DNA of 64,000 nucleotides from an uncultured delta proteobacterium (GTDB lineage Bacteria > Desulfobacterota > Binatia > UBA9968): the NCBI GenBank assembly GCA_963728565.1, contig CAVSLC010000001.1, forward strand, positions 116,118 to 180,117. The letters run 5' to 3'. The translations under genes were made by a program, and so were the position numbers. Numbering within the stretch: position 1 is the stretch's first letter; every line of letters starts with the position of its first letter. The notes under the pieces were generated by a model that searched no databases, had not been told where the DNA came from, and saw only the letters and a list, made by a program, of their open reading frames with translations. Of this stretch, positions 1-10,872 are shown one piece after another.

Positions 1-865
1 AATTGAACGAAAGAAGCTGCAATGAGATCAACGCCATCACCAGGCAGATGGCGCCGGTCACCCCCGGGAACATAACCCCGGGATTGGAAAACTCCATGTA
101 GAGCCCGAGGATGCCGGCCATCAGCAGCATGTAGGCTATGTTCGGATCAGCAATGGCATTGACGATTCTCTGTTTGAGACTCATCTCATGGCGCACTACG
201 TTAACGCCTTTGACGGAAAGCGTCGTCATGCGCCCGTCCAGATCCACTTTACGACCGTCGGCTTGCTTCAGTAAATCATCGATGTCTTTGGCAATGATGT
301 CGATGACCTTTTTCTTGAGCGCATCGGTCTCGGTAATCGAGACACTCCGGCGCACCGCCTCGATTGCCCACTCGGTATTGCGGCCGCGTTTTTGCGCGAT
401 AGTTTCGCTAAACGATGCGGTGAAGTTCTCGATTTTTTCGCCCATCACTCCTTTCACTTCCTGTCCTCCGCCCGCTACCGGGTGAGCCGCGCCGATGTTG
501 GTGGCCGGGGCCATCGCGGCAATATGCGCCGCCATCGTGATGAAAACCCCGGCCGATCCCGCGCCCGCGCCGCTGGGCGCCACATGGACCATGATCGGAA
601 CCTGCGCGCTGAGCATTTCCTTTACGATTGTCCGGGTGGAGCTCAAAAGGCCGCCGGGAGTATCGAGCTGAATAACCAGAGCTCGAGCTCCATTGGATTT
701 CGCCCGGGTAATGCTCTCGCGAATGAAATCATCCACTGCCGGATTGATCGAACCATCGATTACGATCAGATCAACGTGCGGCGCGGACGACTCGTCTGGT
801 TGCGCCAACACCGACACACCAAGGGCCATCAGCGACACAAAGAAAAAGATCTTAAGCGTTTTCAC
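1..865 (-). CDS. nfeD: NfeD family membrane-bound serine protease (ClpP-like N-domain), truncated by window edge
   Basis: Hand translation from GTG 865 (GTGA overlap with udg stop): signal peptide, then LDTPGG...VAPSGAGAGSAGVFITMAAHIAAMAPATNIGAAHPV. Absent from the ORF track because it runs off the window. Confidence 0.92.
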   Translation of the reverse strand, partial: MKTLKIFFFVSLMALGVSVLAQPDESSAPHVDLIVIDGSINPAVDDFIRESITRAKSNGARALVIQLDTPGGLLSSTRTIVKEMLSAQVPIMVHVAPSGAGAGSAGVFITMAAHIAAMAPATNIGAAHPVAGGGQEVKGVMGEKIENFTASFSETIAQKRGRNTEWAIEAVRRSVSITETDALKKKVIDIIAKDIDDLLKQADGRKVDLDGRMTTLSVKGVNVVRHEMSLKQRIVNAIADPNIAYMLLMAGILGLYMEFSNPGVMFPGVTGAICLVMALISLQLLSFN

Positions 866-1628
866 TGTTGCATCTCTTTCATCACTTTTTTGATGTCCTC
901 CCAGACTAACTTCTTGTCCGCCGGATTGCGCAACAGGTAGGCAGGGTGGAAAGTTGGCATCAACTTGATGCCCATATACGTGTGCCAATTGCCGCGCAAC
1001 CGGGTAATCGGAACTTTGCTCTGGAGCAATGCTTGTACGGCGAATTTCCCCAACGCGACAATAATCTCGGGCCGTATTAATTCAATTTGCTTTTTCAGAA
1101 AGGGCTCGCAGGAAGCTACCTCGTCGGGTTCCGGGTTGCGATTTTGTGGCGGGCGGCACTTGACGACATTGGCAATGTAAACGTCTTCTCGAGTTAGGCC
1201 CATGCCCTTGGTGATGATGTCGGTAAGCAGCTGCCCGGCGCGCCCGACGAAAGGGTTCGCCCTTGATGATCTTCGTCCCGTCCCGGGCCTTCGCCGACGA
1301 ACATCAGCTTGGCATTTGGGTTACCGATCCCAAAAACCACGTGCGTTCGGCCTAAATGCAATTTACAGCGCCGGCAGTCGCCGATATGATCGCGAAGTTC
1401 TTCAAGACTGCTCACTTCACCGCGATCGGAGTGCATCGAGACTCGTTCCGCCTTATCGGCCGCCGGCTTTTTACTTTCCATCGCTGTTGGCGCCATCGCT
1501 GCAACCTCAGGTCGCGCGACGAACCGAACACCCATGCGTTGTTGCCGTTGTAAATGACGGCGCAGAGAAATTACCAAACTCGCGAGTTCGTCGCCTTCAC
1601 TGGTGGACATGGACACGGAATCCTTCAC
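862..1628 (-). CDS. udg: Family 4 uracil-DNA glycosylase (4Fe-4S), split by two +1 indels near 1248-1272
   Basis: CRRCKL, FVGEGPG, NVVKCRPP, TFHPAYLLRNP motifs across ORFs 1194-1628 and 862-1203. Removing two bases restores EDIKGEPFVGRAGQLL. Start may be ATG 1610. Confidence 0.92.
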
Positions 1629-1746
1629 GCGGAAGATCTTAACACCTGAGACTTGCGGCTATCAATGACAGAATCGCCATCGCCCAGAGCAAGGGCGCTG
1701 ATTAGATCGGCCCATAATCACGACACTAAAATGCTGGCCTTTAAGA

Positions 1747-2945
1747 TTAACGCCTTAAGGTGAGAAGATGATCAAAAATTTGGTCCGCCAATTCATCCTT
1801 ACTCATGAGCGGCAGCGAGTGGGTTGCGCCCCCGACGATCGATAATGGTTGCGATGTTGGTATCGCCGTCAAAACCGCTGCCCTCTTTGGTGACGTCATT
1901 TGCAACGATCATGTCAAGGTTCTTTTCGCGCAGCTTTTTATCGGCATTGGTATCCAGATTGCCGGTTTCGGCGGCAAAGCCGATTAGTAGTTTTCCATCC
2001 TTGCGCCGCCCGAGCTCCTTGAGAATATCCGGGTTCGGCTCCAGGCGCACATCCAACGGGCCCTCACCTCGCTTTATTTTGTCGGCTGAAAATTCGACTG
2101 GATGATAATCCGCTACCGCGGCGGCCATGACTACGGCAGTGCATGCGGCGTACTCGTCGAGAATCGCCTGGCGCATTTCAGCCGCCGTGTTGACGGCCGT
2201 TACTTTAACGCCGGGAGGCGGCGTGAGCGCTGTCGGGCCACTGATCAGCACGACTTCCGCGCCCCTTCGCGCTGCCGCTCGCGCCAGTGCGTAGCCCATT
2301 TTGCCTGATGATCGGTTGGAGATATAGCGAACCGGATCTAATGGTTCGCGACTGGGACCGGCGGTTACGATGAGCTTTTCACCCGCCAGATCTTTTCTTT
2401 TGAGCTGCAGCCGGATCTGTTCGAGAATCGCCTCGGGATCCGGCAATCGCCCCTTGCCTTCGTACCCGCATGCAAGATAGCCCTCGTCCGGTTCGAGGAT
2501 TTCATAGCCGATCCGCCGTAACTTTCGGAGATTTTCTTGCAAGATTGGGTTTTCGTACATGTGAATGTTCATCGCCGGCGCAATCAGCACCGGCGCCTGA
2601 GTAGCCATCAACACGGTGGATAATAGATCGTCAGCGATACCGGCGGCAATTTTACCAATAACGTTGGCCGTAGCCGGGGCAACAACAAAGATGTCGGCTG
2701 AGTCGGCTAAATTGATGTGCCCTATTTCAGATTCTTGTGTCAGATTAAAAGTATCGGTAGCAACCGGCCGGGCAGAAAGCGTCTGAAACGTCAAAGGCGT
2801 AACGAAGTTGCATCGCGCCCCGAGTCATGATCACCTGAACGGTATACTGTTCTTTTACCAATAAGCGGACCAACTCGACCGCCTTGTAGCACGCGATTCC
2901 GCCGCTGACCCCGAGAACTACGTTCTTTGGTTTGTCGTTCTCCAC
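1747..2945 (-). CDS. coaBC: Bifunctional phosphopantothenoylcysteine decarboxylase/ligase, frameshifts near 2810 and 1830
   Basis: [52 protein letters not shown]. Corrected C-terminus reads [22 protein letters not shown]. Confidence 0.95.
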
Positions 2946-3150
2946 GAGCGCAAAATATAAAAACATTCAGGGGCTTGCAACCTCAATGAAGGTAAGCCGT
3001 ATCGCCCCAGAACTAAACTTGTCGCCGTTAACACAGAGGTTGCGACTTCCGTTACCAGTCGACATGGGCCGGAGGCGTTCTGAACGCCCCTAAGCGATCC
3101 AAAGTCTTAACAAGGGCCCAAACAAATCGCTCGGGCTTAGCCGGTGACAA

Positions 3151-3166
3151 TGGCATGATTTTGGCG
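3151..3166 (+). promoter_or_regulatory. Possible sigma54 -24/-12 promoter upstream of mlaA
   Basis: TGGCATGATTTTGGCG has GG-N10-GC spacing; the -12 element is TGGC rather than TTGC. Confidence 0.35.
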
Positions 3167-3256
3167 TCAATGGCAGACTTACCGGCGAATTATCAACAAA
3201 TGCTTGACCAAAATATTGACATCATGTAAGTGACAAGAATGCTAAAGGAGCGGTGG

Positions 3257-4105
3257 ATGAAGCGATACAGCTCGCGGCTGACAACCCGGAACATAAGCGC
3301 GCAATTGTTCCTAGTCGGGGCAATATTTTGGCTTGGCGCAAGTTTTGGCTATGCTTTCAGCCAGGAGGATTCGCCAGCGATGTCGGCTGGCTATGAGCCA
3401 AGCACGCTTGCCGCTGCATCGGCAAATCGCGAGCAGCCTCTGGAAACACCATTGGCTTTAGCCAGCGCATTGGCCGAAACAGCGGAAGCCGGAGACGATT
3501 TTGACTCCGACCCTCTCGAAGCTTTCAACGAAAAAATGTTCTGGTTCAATCGGGAGGTGCTTGACCGTTTTCTGCTAAAACCGGCAGCGACGGCGTGGGA
3601 CTTTGTGATACCCGATCCGGTGCAGCGGGGAATTTACAACATTTTCGATAACCTCGCAGTGGTGCGACGCGTAGTCAACAATGCCCTGCAACTGAAGTTC
3701 ACCGGCGCGGCAACGGAGGTCGCGCGCTTTACCATCAACAGCACAGTCGGGCTCGTTGGGTTCTTCGATGTCGCCAAGGATGGATTCGGAATCCAGCAGA
3801 GAGACGAGGATACCGGCCAGACGTTTGGTGTTTGGGGAATCGGGCCCGGTCCTTACCTGATCCTGCCATTTCTGCCGCCACTAACGATCCGTGACGGCGT
3901 CGGTTACGCCTTTGATACGGCGATGACTCCTTACATCTACTTCATCCCCTGGTATGCCAATGCCGGCCTCACCGTCACAAGCACAGTCAATGACAGGTCA
4001 CTAAATCTCGAAACATTTGAGCGGGTCGCTGAGTCCACCATCGATCTTTACGGCGCGGTGCGTAACGCCTATCTACAAAGAAGGGCGGCGGCGATTCGGC
4101 AGTAA
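3257..4105 (+). CDS. mlaA: MlaA/VacJ family outer-membrane lipid asymmetry protein
   Basis: DPLEAFNEKMFWFN, RFTINSTVGLVGFFDVA, EDTGQTFGVWG, GPYLILPFL, YGAVRNAYLQRR; AAGGAG RBS before ATG 3257. Confidence 0.93.
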   Translation: MKRYSSRLTTRNISAQLFLVGAIFWLGASFGYAFSQEDSPAMSAGYEPSTLAAASANREQPLETPLALASALAETAEAGDDFDSDPLEAFNEKMFWFNREVLDRFLLKPAATAWDFVIPDPVQRGIYNIFDNLAVVRRVVNNALQLKFTGAATEVARFTINSTVGLVGFFDVAKDGFGIQQRDEDTGQTFGVWGIGPGPYLILPFLPPLTIRDGVGYAFDTAMTPYIYFIPWYANAGLTVTSTVNDRSLNLETFERVAESTIDLYGAVRNAYLQRRAAAIRQ

Positions 4106-4301
4106 TAATGAAGCTGCGGGATTGAAGAAGTCTTAACATCAGCCTCTCAGCAACGTTTTCTCCTGTCATGAGAGCTTTTCAGGTTTCGTTTGTTGCTTAA
4201 GCCACTGTACAACATCGTCGACCTTCAATGTAGGCTGATCGGACGCAGAGCCCAACATTCCCGGCCGCAATACATGCCTCTAAAAACCACCGAACCGGCT
4301 A

Positions 4302-4330
4302 TTGACATCGCCAGTGTGGGTGTTTAAACA
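4302..4330 (+). promoter_or_regulatory. Putative sigma70 promoter for the Zn-finger gene
   Basis: TTGACA-17 nt-TAAACA, followed by AGGAG RBS before ATG 4379. Confidence 0.45.
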
Positions 4331-4378
4331 AATAATCCCGCCTAAGTTATGAGAACTTCATAGGAGAGAATCGCAAAC

Positions 4379-4738
4379 ATGCCGAAGACGAAAAAGAAAA
4401 CCGCGGGACGACAAGCGAAAGACCGAGCTCATGATTACATTGATGATGGCAGCCATGATGAGATCGACGACGAGGATCTTCCTAGCGATGAGGCTGGACG
4501 ACGCAAAATAAAGAGAAATTACGAAGAACTCCTCGGAATTCGGATAGAGAAGCTAAAAGGACGGGTTCTCAACCGAGAAAAGATCAACAAGAGCATCGAC
4601 GGGCTCTACTTCATCTGCTTTGAGTGTAAAAAAATATGTCACAACCTAGACGAAGGTTGGGTTGAAGAGCCAACAACCCAGCACAATTTCTGCTCCGGCT
4701 GCGCCAAGACTAAAGGCATTCGCAGTACCGCCGCCTAG
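4379..4738 (+). CDS. Small C4 Zn-finger protein, possibly TraR/DksA-like
   Basis: Acidic N-terminus, charged helix, CFEC-x21-CSGC; good RBS. Confidence 0.7.
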   Translation: MPKTKKKTAGRQAKDRAHDYIDDGSHDEIDDEDLPSDEAGRRKIKRNYEELLGIRIEKLKGRVLNREKINKSIDGLYFICFECKKICHNLDEGWVEEPTTQHNFCSGCAKTKGIRSTAA

Positions 4739-5700
4739 TCAACGATTTTCATCCATTCGAGAAAGCTTCTGAGCTCAGACGGCAAGGGCGAGTCCAAGGC
4801 AATCGATTTGCCGCTCGCCGGGTGAGCAAACTCCAAACGAGAAGCATGTAAAAAGTGCCGCCCAAGAGCGGTCGAATAGTTTACAGAACCATAGCGCGTA
4901 TCGCCGACTATGGCATGACCGGTAGCGGCGAGATGGACGCGAATCTGATGCGTGACGCCGGTTTGCATCTCGACCTCGAGTAGGCTCATTTCATTTGAGC
5001 TGGCGAGCTTTCGAAAACTGGTTCGCGCATGCCAGCTTCGGAGGCGCGGCCGCTTCGATCCAAACTCATTAATCACCTGCATTCGGCCGTGATCGGTTGG
5101 ATCATGAGCAAGGGCCAAGCTGATGGATCCGGAAGAAGCGGCATCCCCCCATACCAATGCGATGTAACTCTTGTTGACTCGGCGGCGTCGAAACTGCTCC
5201 CGCAGGTTTTCAAATGCCGGCTGATTTTTTGCCACCAGCACTAATCCTGAAGTTTCGATGTCCAAACGGTTCAGTAAACCGGGCTCCCAACGACTCCTCC
5301 CAACGCAAGATAGCTCAGGCCATCGCGCAACCAGATAATTGGCCAAGGTGTCGACGTCGCGCGCAGAGAATCCATGAGTGGGGATGCCAGCCGGTTTATC
5401 GATCGCGATGATTTCAGCATCTTCGTAGACAGTGGTGACACTCCCATTTACCCCGGCGACCGGCGAATCAAACAGCCAATGCCGCGCCCCCTGAAAGCTC
5501 ACTCGGTCCCCTTGCTTTAATCTTTGACCCTTGGTCGCGCGCCGACCGTTTACCAAAAAAGCGTTCTCGTCGATAGCTTTAAGGGCTTGGCCACGGGATA
5601 GGTGAGGCAAATGCCGGCGGACAAAATATTCCAGCCGGCCTCCCGCTTCCGCCGCGCCGATTTTCCAGGTGAGATTCTGGTTGAATCCTTGAACCGACAC
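4735..5700 (-). CDS. RluA/RluD family pseudouridine synthase with S4 domain
   Basis: DKPAG, NRLDIETSG (catalytic Asp), TGVTHQIRVH, FLHASRL. Confidence 0.92.
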   Translation of the reverse strand: MSVQGFNQNLTWKIGAAEAGGRLEYFVRRHLPHLSRGQALKAIDENAFLVNGRRATKGQRLKQGDRVSFQGARHWLFDSPVAGVNGSVTTVYEDAEIIAIDKPAGIPTHGFSARDVDTLANYLVARWPELSCVGRSRWEPGLLNRLDIETSGLVLVAKNQPAFENLREQFRRRRVNKSYIALVWGDAASSGSISLALAHDPTDHGRMQVINEFGSKRPRLRSWHARTSFRKLASSNEMSLLEVEMQTGVTHQIRVHLAATGHAIVGDTRYGSVNYSTALGRHFLHASRLEFAHPASGKSIALDSPLPSELRSFLEWMKIVD

Positions 5701-5746
5701 TTCACCTACCGTAGTATAGAACGCATTTCATGAATCATATTTTAAC

Positions 5747-6880
5747 ATGAGGCAACGAATTTACAGCGTCATCATCGCCGGCGGCAAGGGAACACGCTTC
5801 TGGCCGCTCAGCCGTTCGCGCAAGCCGAAGCAACTGCTTAAGCTCTTCGGCCCTAAGACCCTGCTTGACGAAACCGCGGATCGAGTACTTTCACTCGGGG
5901 GGAGCGATCGAACGCTGATCGTTACGGTAGCCGAACAATTGAATGCGGTGCGCAAAGAGTTGAGCGCGTTACCGCGAAAGAACTTTCTCGCCGAACCTGT
6001 AGGGAAGAACACGGCGCCATGCATCGGCCTGGCAGCATTGGAAGTTATCGGCAGAGATCCTGACGCGGTGATGATTATTCTACCGGCAGATCACTGGGTG
6101 TCCGATGTGCCGGCTTTCCGCCGCACACTAAAGGGCGCCGCTGAACTCGCAGCCCGGCACAATCGCTTGGTCACGATCGGTATCCAACCCGCCTACCCGG
6201 AAACCGGTTATGGATACATTGTGAAAGGCAAGTCAGTAGCGGATGCCGGCAATCCAGACGCTTACCATGTGAAGAAGTTCAAAGAAAAGCCGAACGCAAA
6301 GATTGCAGGGCAACTACTCCGTCAAGGTTCTCTATGGAATGCCGGCATCTTCGCCTGGAAGGCATCTACACTGCTGGCGCTGATGGAGCGGTATCAGCCG
6401 GCAATCCACAAATCTCTAGAGAAGATTGCCAATGCCGCCGGCGGCAAATCACTGGCAACCCCGACTCCGAGACTTGGTTCTGTGATTGCCCGCGAATATA
6501 GAAAAATGCCGAGCATTTCCATCGATCATGCGATTCTCGAGCCAGCCGGAAGCGAAGGCAGAGTTTTGACGGTGCCCGGCCAATTTGGTTGGAGCGATGT
6601 CGGTAGTTGGGCGGCGGTGCATCAGATGTCGCCCCGCGACGCCGACGGCAATGCCGCTACCGGGAACTGGCTCGGCATTGACACGAAGCAGTGCCTGATT
6701 CATGCCCCCGACCGTTTAGTCGTTCTATTAGGGATGCGTGATGCCTTCATCGTCGATACTCCGGACGCGTTACTTGTTGGAGACCTCAAGCGCTCACAAG
6801 AGGTGCGCGACTTGGTCGATGAGCTAAATAAGAGAGGCCAGCGCTCTTACACCATTGACGAATCCACATCACGCCGCTGA
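5747..6880 (+). CDS. manC: Mannose-1-phosphate guanylyltransferase
   Basis: AGGKGTRFWPLSR, EPVGKNTAP, PADH, ETGYGYI, SIDHAI, WSDVGSW. Confidence 0.93.
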   Translation: MRQRIYSVIIAGGKGTRFWPLSRSRKPKQLLKLFGPKTLLDETADRVLSLGGSDRTLIVTVAEQLNAVRKELSALPRKNFLAEPVGKNTAPCIGLAALEVIGRDPDAVMIILPADHWVSDVPAFRRTLKGAAELAARHNRLVTIGIQPAYPETGYGYIVKGKSVADAGNPDAYHVKKFKEKPNAKIAGQLLRQGSLWNAGIFAWKASTLLALMERYQPAIHKSLEKIANAAGGKSLATPTPRLGSVIAREYRKMPSISIDHAILEPAGSEGRVLTVPGQFGWSDVGSWAAVHQMSPRDADGNAATGNWLGIDTKQCLIHAPDRLVVLLGMRDAFIVDTPDALLVGDLKRSQEVRDLVDELNKRGQRSYTIDESTSRR

Positions 6881-7714
6881 TTGTAATCTCGTGAATTCCA
6901 ATTATCCCAGGGGGCCATTGCGCGAAGGCGAACCTATCGTTCTGCTCGACCGCAAGGACCGGGAATATCTCGCTCGGCTGGACCTAAATCGACCTCTAGC
7001 GATCCGTGGCGGCAAAGTGCTCGTTGAAGAACTGATCGGTCGCGATGAAGGTTGCACCGTGCGTTCTTCTGTCAACGAACCCTTCCTGGTTTTTCGGCCG
7101 AGTCTGCCCCAGTTGATTCCCAATTTACCGCGCAACGCGCAGGTCGTTTATCCTAAGGACCTTGGGCCCGATTCTTATTTGGGCCGACCTTTTCCCAGGC
7201 GCGCGTGTAGTCGAGGCCGGCGCCGGTGCCGGCGCTCTGAGCATGACCTTGCTGCGCGCCATCGGCAGCTCGGGTCAACTCATTACCTATGAAATCCGCG
7301 AAGATTTTGCCGATATGGCGCGAAAAACCCTTAGCCAAATATTTCGGCCCGACACCGAATTGGACATTGAAGGTAGGCGACGTCGAAACCGAACTCGTGG
7401 AAACTGACGTAGATCGCATCGTTCTGGATTTACCGGAACCCTGGAAAGTGATCGACCGCGCCTGGAATGCCCTGAGACCTGGTGGCATCGTGCTTAGCTA
7501 TCTGCCCACCGTGATCCAGGTCAAGAGCTTGGTTGATGCCCTGCGTGCCGATAAACGTTTTGCCTGTATTGAAACGATGGAAACACTGATGCGATTTTGG
7601 CACATCAAGGGCATGAGCGTCCGGCCGCAACATCGCATGATCGCCCATACGGGTTTTTTGACTGCCGCGCGCCGCTTAGCAGATGGCGAAAAGGATATTC
7701 CCCGAGCTTCCTGA
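6855..7714 (+). CDS. trmI: tRNA (adenine58-N1)-methyltransferase, two +1 frameshifts near 7162 and 7329
   Basis: PRNAQVVYPKD, VVEAGAGAGAL, YEIRED, DRIVLDLPEPW, SVRPQHRMIAHTGFL across three ORFs. Confidence 0.9.
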
Positions 7715-7760
7715 ATCGGCGCTCGGGGAATTGCACGACATTCACAGAGTCCCTTCCTGA

Positions 7761-8181
7761 TTACGGCTTGGACCAAAGCTGAATGTAGTTCATCTCAGGG
7801 TCAAAGAAGTAGATCGCTTTACCGGTAGGCCGCACGACCGGTTTGTCGATGAGCACTTTCACCCCCGCCTTCTTGAGCTCATCGGCCGCCTTGTCGAAAT
7901 CTTCCGAGCTGACTTCCAGCGCAATGTGCGAGGTTCCCTCGTCGAAATCACCCCGTCTCAATTGGCTTTGGCCGCTGAAACAGAACTAAACACATGCCGT
8001 CTTCCATGAATAATCGGGAGATCTCTGGAAACATCCCGTAAACGTCTTTGTAAGGACCGCCACTTTCTGTGTCAAAGCCAACTTTAGTGCACTTCATTCC
8101 CAGTACATCCGCGTAAAACTTGGTTGCTCGCTCCAGATCGTTGCATGGCAAGCCGATATGGTAGATCTGCTTTACTTTCAT
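7761..8181 (-). CDS. VOC (glyoxalase/bleomycin resistance) family protein, +1 frameshift in a G run near 7952
   Basis: HIGLPCNDLERATKFYADVLG ... HIALEV ... IYFFDPEMNYIQL; GGAGG RBS. Confidence 0.85.
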
Positions 8182-8472
8182 GAGTCACCTCCTTGTGTTC
8201 ATTTTGTCTATACTGCAACGCGCGAGGGATTTCCAATAGCTTCGGTTCTCGGAAATAGCCCCATTCGCTCAGTGGCAGCATCCTTGACAGATCATCATCG
8301 GCAAGTCTAAATGCCCACAGAAAACCACCGAGCAGCGGAATTTAGACATCGACAAGATGGAAATCTATAGATGAGTTCGACCGGTGATATTACAGACGAA
8401 TTATGACTAGAGTAGCGATGAATCATAATACGCTATAGCTGCACAAGCGCTATCAGCTAACGTAAGCTTCCC

Positions 8473-9250
8473 ATGACATCTTTCATTAGAGCTCAGGACG
8501 TCTCTCTAGTCTTCAAAGCCAAGGATCGAGAGCCCGTCACGGCACTCAGTAACTTCAGCCTCGACATTGCCCAAGGCGAGTTTGTCAGTATCGTCGGCCC
8601 GTCGGGTTGCGGAAAAAGTACCTTCCTCAATATCGTCTTGGGGCTGATTGAACCGGCCAGTGGCAAAATTCAGTTGAACGGCACGCGCATTAGCGGTCCG
8701 GGCCAGGAGCGGGCGATGGTTTTTCAAGAGTTTGGGCTGCTGCCGTGGCGAAGCGTCACGGCCAACGTAGAACTCGGACTTGAATTGAAAGGGTATTCCG
8801 GCTGCAAAAAGAGCGGCCCGAGCAAAGGAACTGATCAATTTGGTGGGATTGAAAGGCTTTGAAAACCATTATCCGCATGAGCTCTCCGGGGGGATGAAAC
8901 AGCGCGTCGGCCTCGCTCGCGCGCTGGCAACCGAACCCGAAGTACTGCTCATGGATGAGCCCTTCGCCGCACTCGATGCGCAGACGCGCGACTTGATGCA
9001 ATCGGAATTATTGCAGATTTGGGAACGCTCCAAAAAAACCGTGCTCTTTGTTACCCACAGCATCGAAGAGGCTGCCTATCTTTCAGACCGAGTCATCGTC
9101 ATGACGGCAAGGCCGGGCCGGACCAAAGACGTCATTCAGATTGATTTGCCACGACCGAGAGATTATGAGATGCGGCTAACGCCAAGGTTCAACGATATCA
9201 AGCTCCGCATCTGGGAAGTCTTGAGGGAAGAGTTGACCTCCCGAGGATAG
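8473..9250 (+). CDS. NitT/TauT (SsuB-like) ABC transporter ATP-binding protein, +1 frameshift near 8792
   Basis: Walker [28 protein letters not shown]. Confidence 0.93.
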
Positions 9251-9253
9251 AAA

Positions 9254-10042
9254 ATGGCTGCACAAGCATTTTTTACGGAACACCGGCGGCTGTGGCTCGC
9301 ACTCTGCTCCGTCCTATTCGTGATCGCATCATGGGAATTGGTTTTGACGTACCTCTTCCCGGTAGATCCATTCTTTTTTACCAAGCCTTCGCTGATCGGC
9401 GCGGCCTTCAAAGAGCAAATCCAAGGGAGCAAACTCTGGCACGACCTCGCGGTAAGCAGCCAGGCTTTCCTCTGGGGCTTCACCTTCGCCGTGTTCGTCG
9501 GCATTCCTCTTGGCCTGGTCATGGGGTGGCGCAGAAGAGTCGAATACTCTCTGGACCCTTTCTTGACCGCGCTTTACGCTAGCCCGCTGGTTGCTCTAGC
9601 GCCGTTGTTCATTATCGTTTTTGGCGTTGGCGTGCTCGGTAAGGCAGCGCTGGTTTTCTTACTCGCGGTTTTTCCATTCATCTTCAATACATTTGCCGGC
9701 GTCAAATCGACGGACGCGCTGTTAATCAATGTTATTCGATCCTTCGGCGGGAGTGAGAAGGATCTTTACCTTAAGGTCATTCTGCCAAGCACGATGCCCT
9801 ACATTATCGCTGGCGCCCGCCTTGCCATTGGCCGAGGGTTGGTCGGTATCATTGTCGGGGAATTCTATGCCGCTTCCGAAGGAATCGGTTTCGCCATTTC
9901 CCAAGCCGGCGATACCTACCGTCTCCCTGACATGTTCGTCGGCATTATCATTCTGTCGCTGATTGCGATCATTCTGACCGAGCTGATGCGCAGGCTCGAG
10001 CTCACGGTTGCGCCCTGGCGCGCGAGCGACGAGGTACGCTGA
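9254..10042 (+). CDS. NitT/TauT ABC transporter permease
   Basis: Multiple TM helices, VIRSFGG loop, GEFYAASEGIG. Confidence 0.9.
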   Translation: MAAQAFFTEHRRLWLALCSVLFVIASWELVLTYLFPVDPFFFTKPSLIGAAFKEQIQGSKLWHDLAVSSQAFLWGFTFAVFVGIPLGLVMGWRRRVEYSLDPFLTALYASPLVALAPLFIIVFGVGVLGKAALVFLLAVFPFIFNTFAGVKSTDALLINVIRSFGGSEKDLYLKVILPSTMPYIIAGARLAIGRGLVGIIVGEFYAASEGIGFAISQAGDTYRLPDMFVGIIILSLIAIILTELMRRLELTVAPWRASDEVR

Positions 10043-10839
10043 TGAAACCAGCAAAATTTTTTGCAGAGCACGAATCTTTGATATTCGGCCTCGGTTTTAT
10101 CGTCCTATTACTGGTCGTATGGGAAAGCATTCCGCTCTGGTACACCCTGCCAAAGGGAATGGCGCTCTTCTTCACCACGCCCTCAAGAATCGCCGCGGCA
10201 TTTTATGAATTGCTTCTCGACGGGACCATCGAGAAACACTTTTACATCAGCGCAGTCGCCTTTCTGGCGGGACTGGGCTTGTCCATAATTGTCGGGCTGC
10301 CGTTGGGGCTCGTCATGGGCAGGTCAGCGACTCTCGAGCATTTACTGGATCCCTACGTGACCGCAGCCAATGCCACCCCTAGGATCGTCTTCTTGCCACT
10401 ATTGATTCTCTGGTTCGGGATCGGCATTTGGTCGAAGATCTTGATTGTCTTTGCGGGCGCAGTCTTTCCGTTGCTCATCAATACCTATGTTGGCGTAAAA
10501 AACGTCAACAGAGTTCTGGTGAATGTCGTGAGATCGTTTGGCGCTAATGAGTGGCAAGTGATGAAAATCGTCGTGTTGCCGAATTCGGTGCCTTACATCA
10601 TCGCTGGGCTGAGGCTGGCCATCGGCAGAGCGATCCTCGGGGTCGTGGTCGGAGAGTTTTTTGGCTCGAGCCACGGATTGGGTTACATGATCGCTTCCGC
10701 CGCTACCAACTACAAGGTAGACGTCGTCTTCGTCGGCGTTGCGATCTTTATGGCGCTCTCTGTCGTCCTAACTCTCGCCGTCAAGCAACTGGAGTCCCGC
10801 CTGGCCAGCTGGCGTCCTGAAGCGGCAAAGAGCTTCTAG
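10042..10839 (+). CDS. NitT/TauT ABC transporter permease (second paralog)
   Basis: TGATG coupling; PRIVFLPL, VVRSFGA, GEFFGSSHGLG. Confidence 0.9.
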   Translation: MKPAKFFAEHESLIFGLGFIVLLLVVWESIPLWYTLPKGMALFFTTPSRIAAAFYELLLDGTIEKHFYISAVAFLAGLGLSIIVGLPLGLVMGRSATLEHLLDPYVTAANATPRIVFLPLLILWFGIGIWSKILIVFAGAVFPLLINTYVGVKNVNRVLVNVVRSFGANEWQVMKIVVLPNSVPYIIAGLRLAIGRAILGVVVGEFFGSSHGLGYMIASAATNYKVDVVFVGVAIFMALSVVLTLAVKQLESRLASWRPEAAKSF

Positions 10840-10872
10840 AGCTACCGCCTCTTTGGTGCTCACTCACGTGGG

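Noticed and set aside
6855-7714. Programmed frameshifting in trmI or other split genes
   Set aside because: No consistent slippery site or stimulator; the pattern fits sequencing indels.
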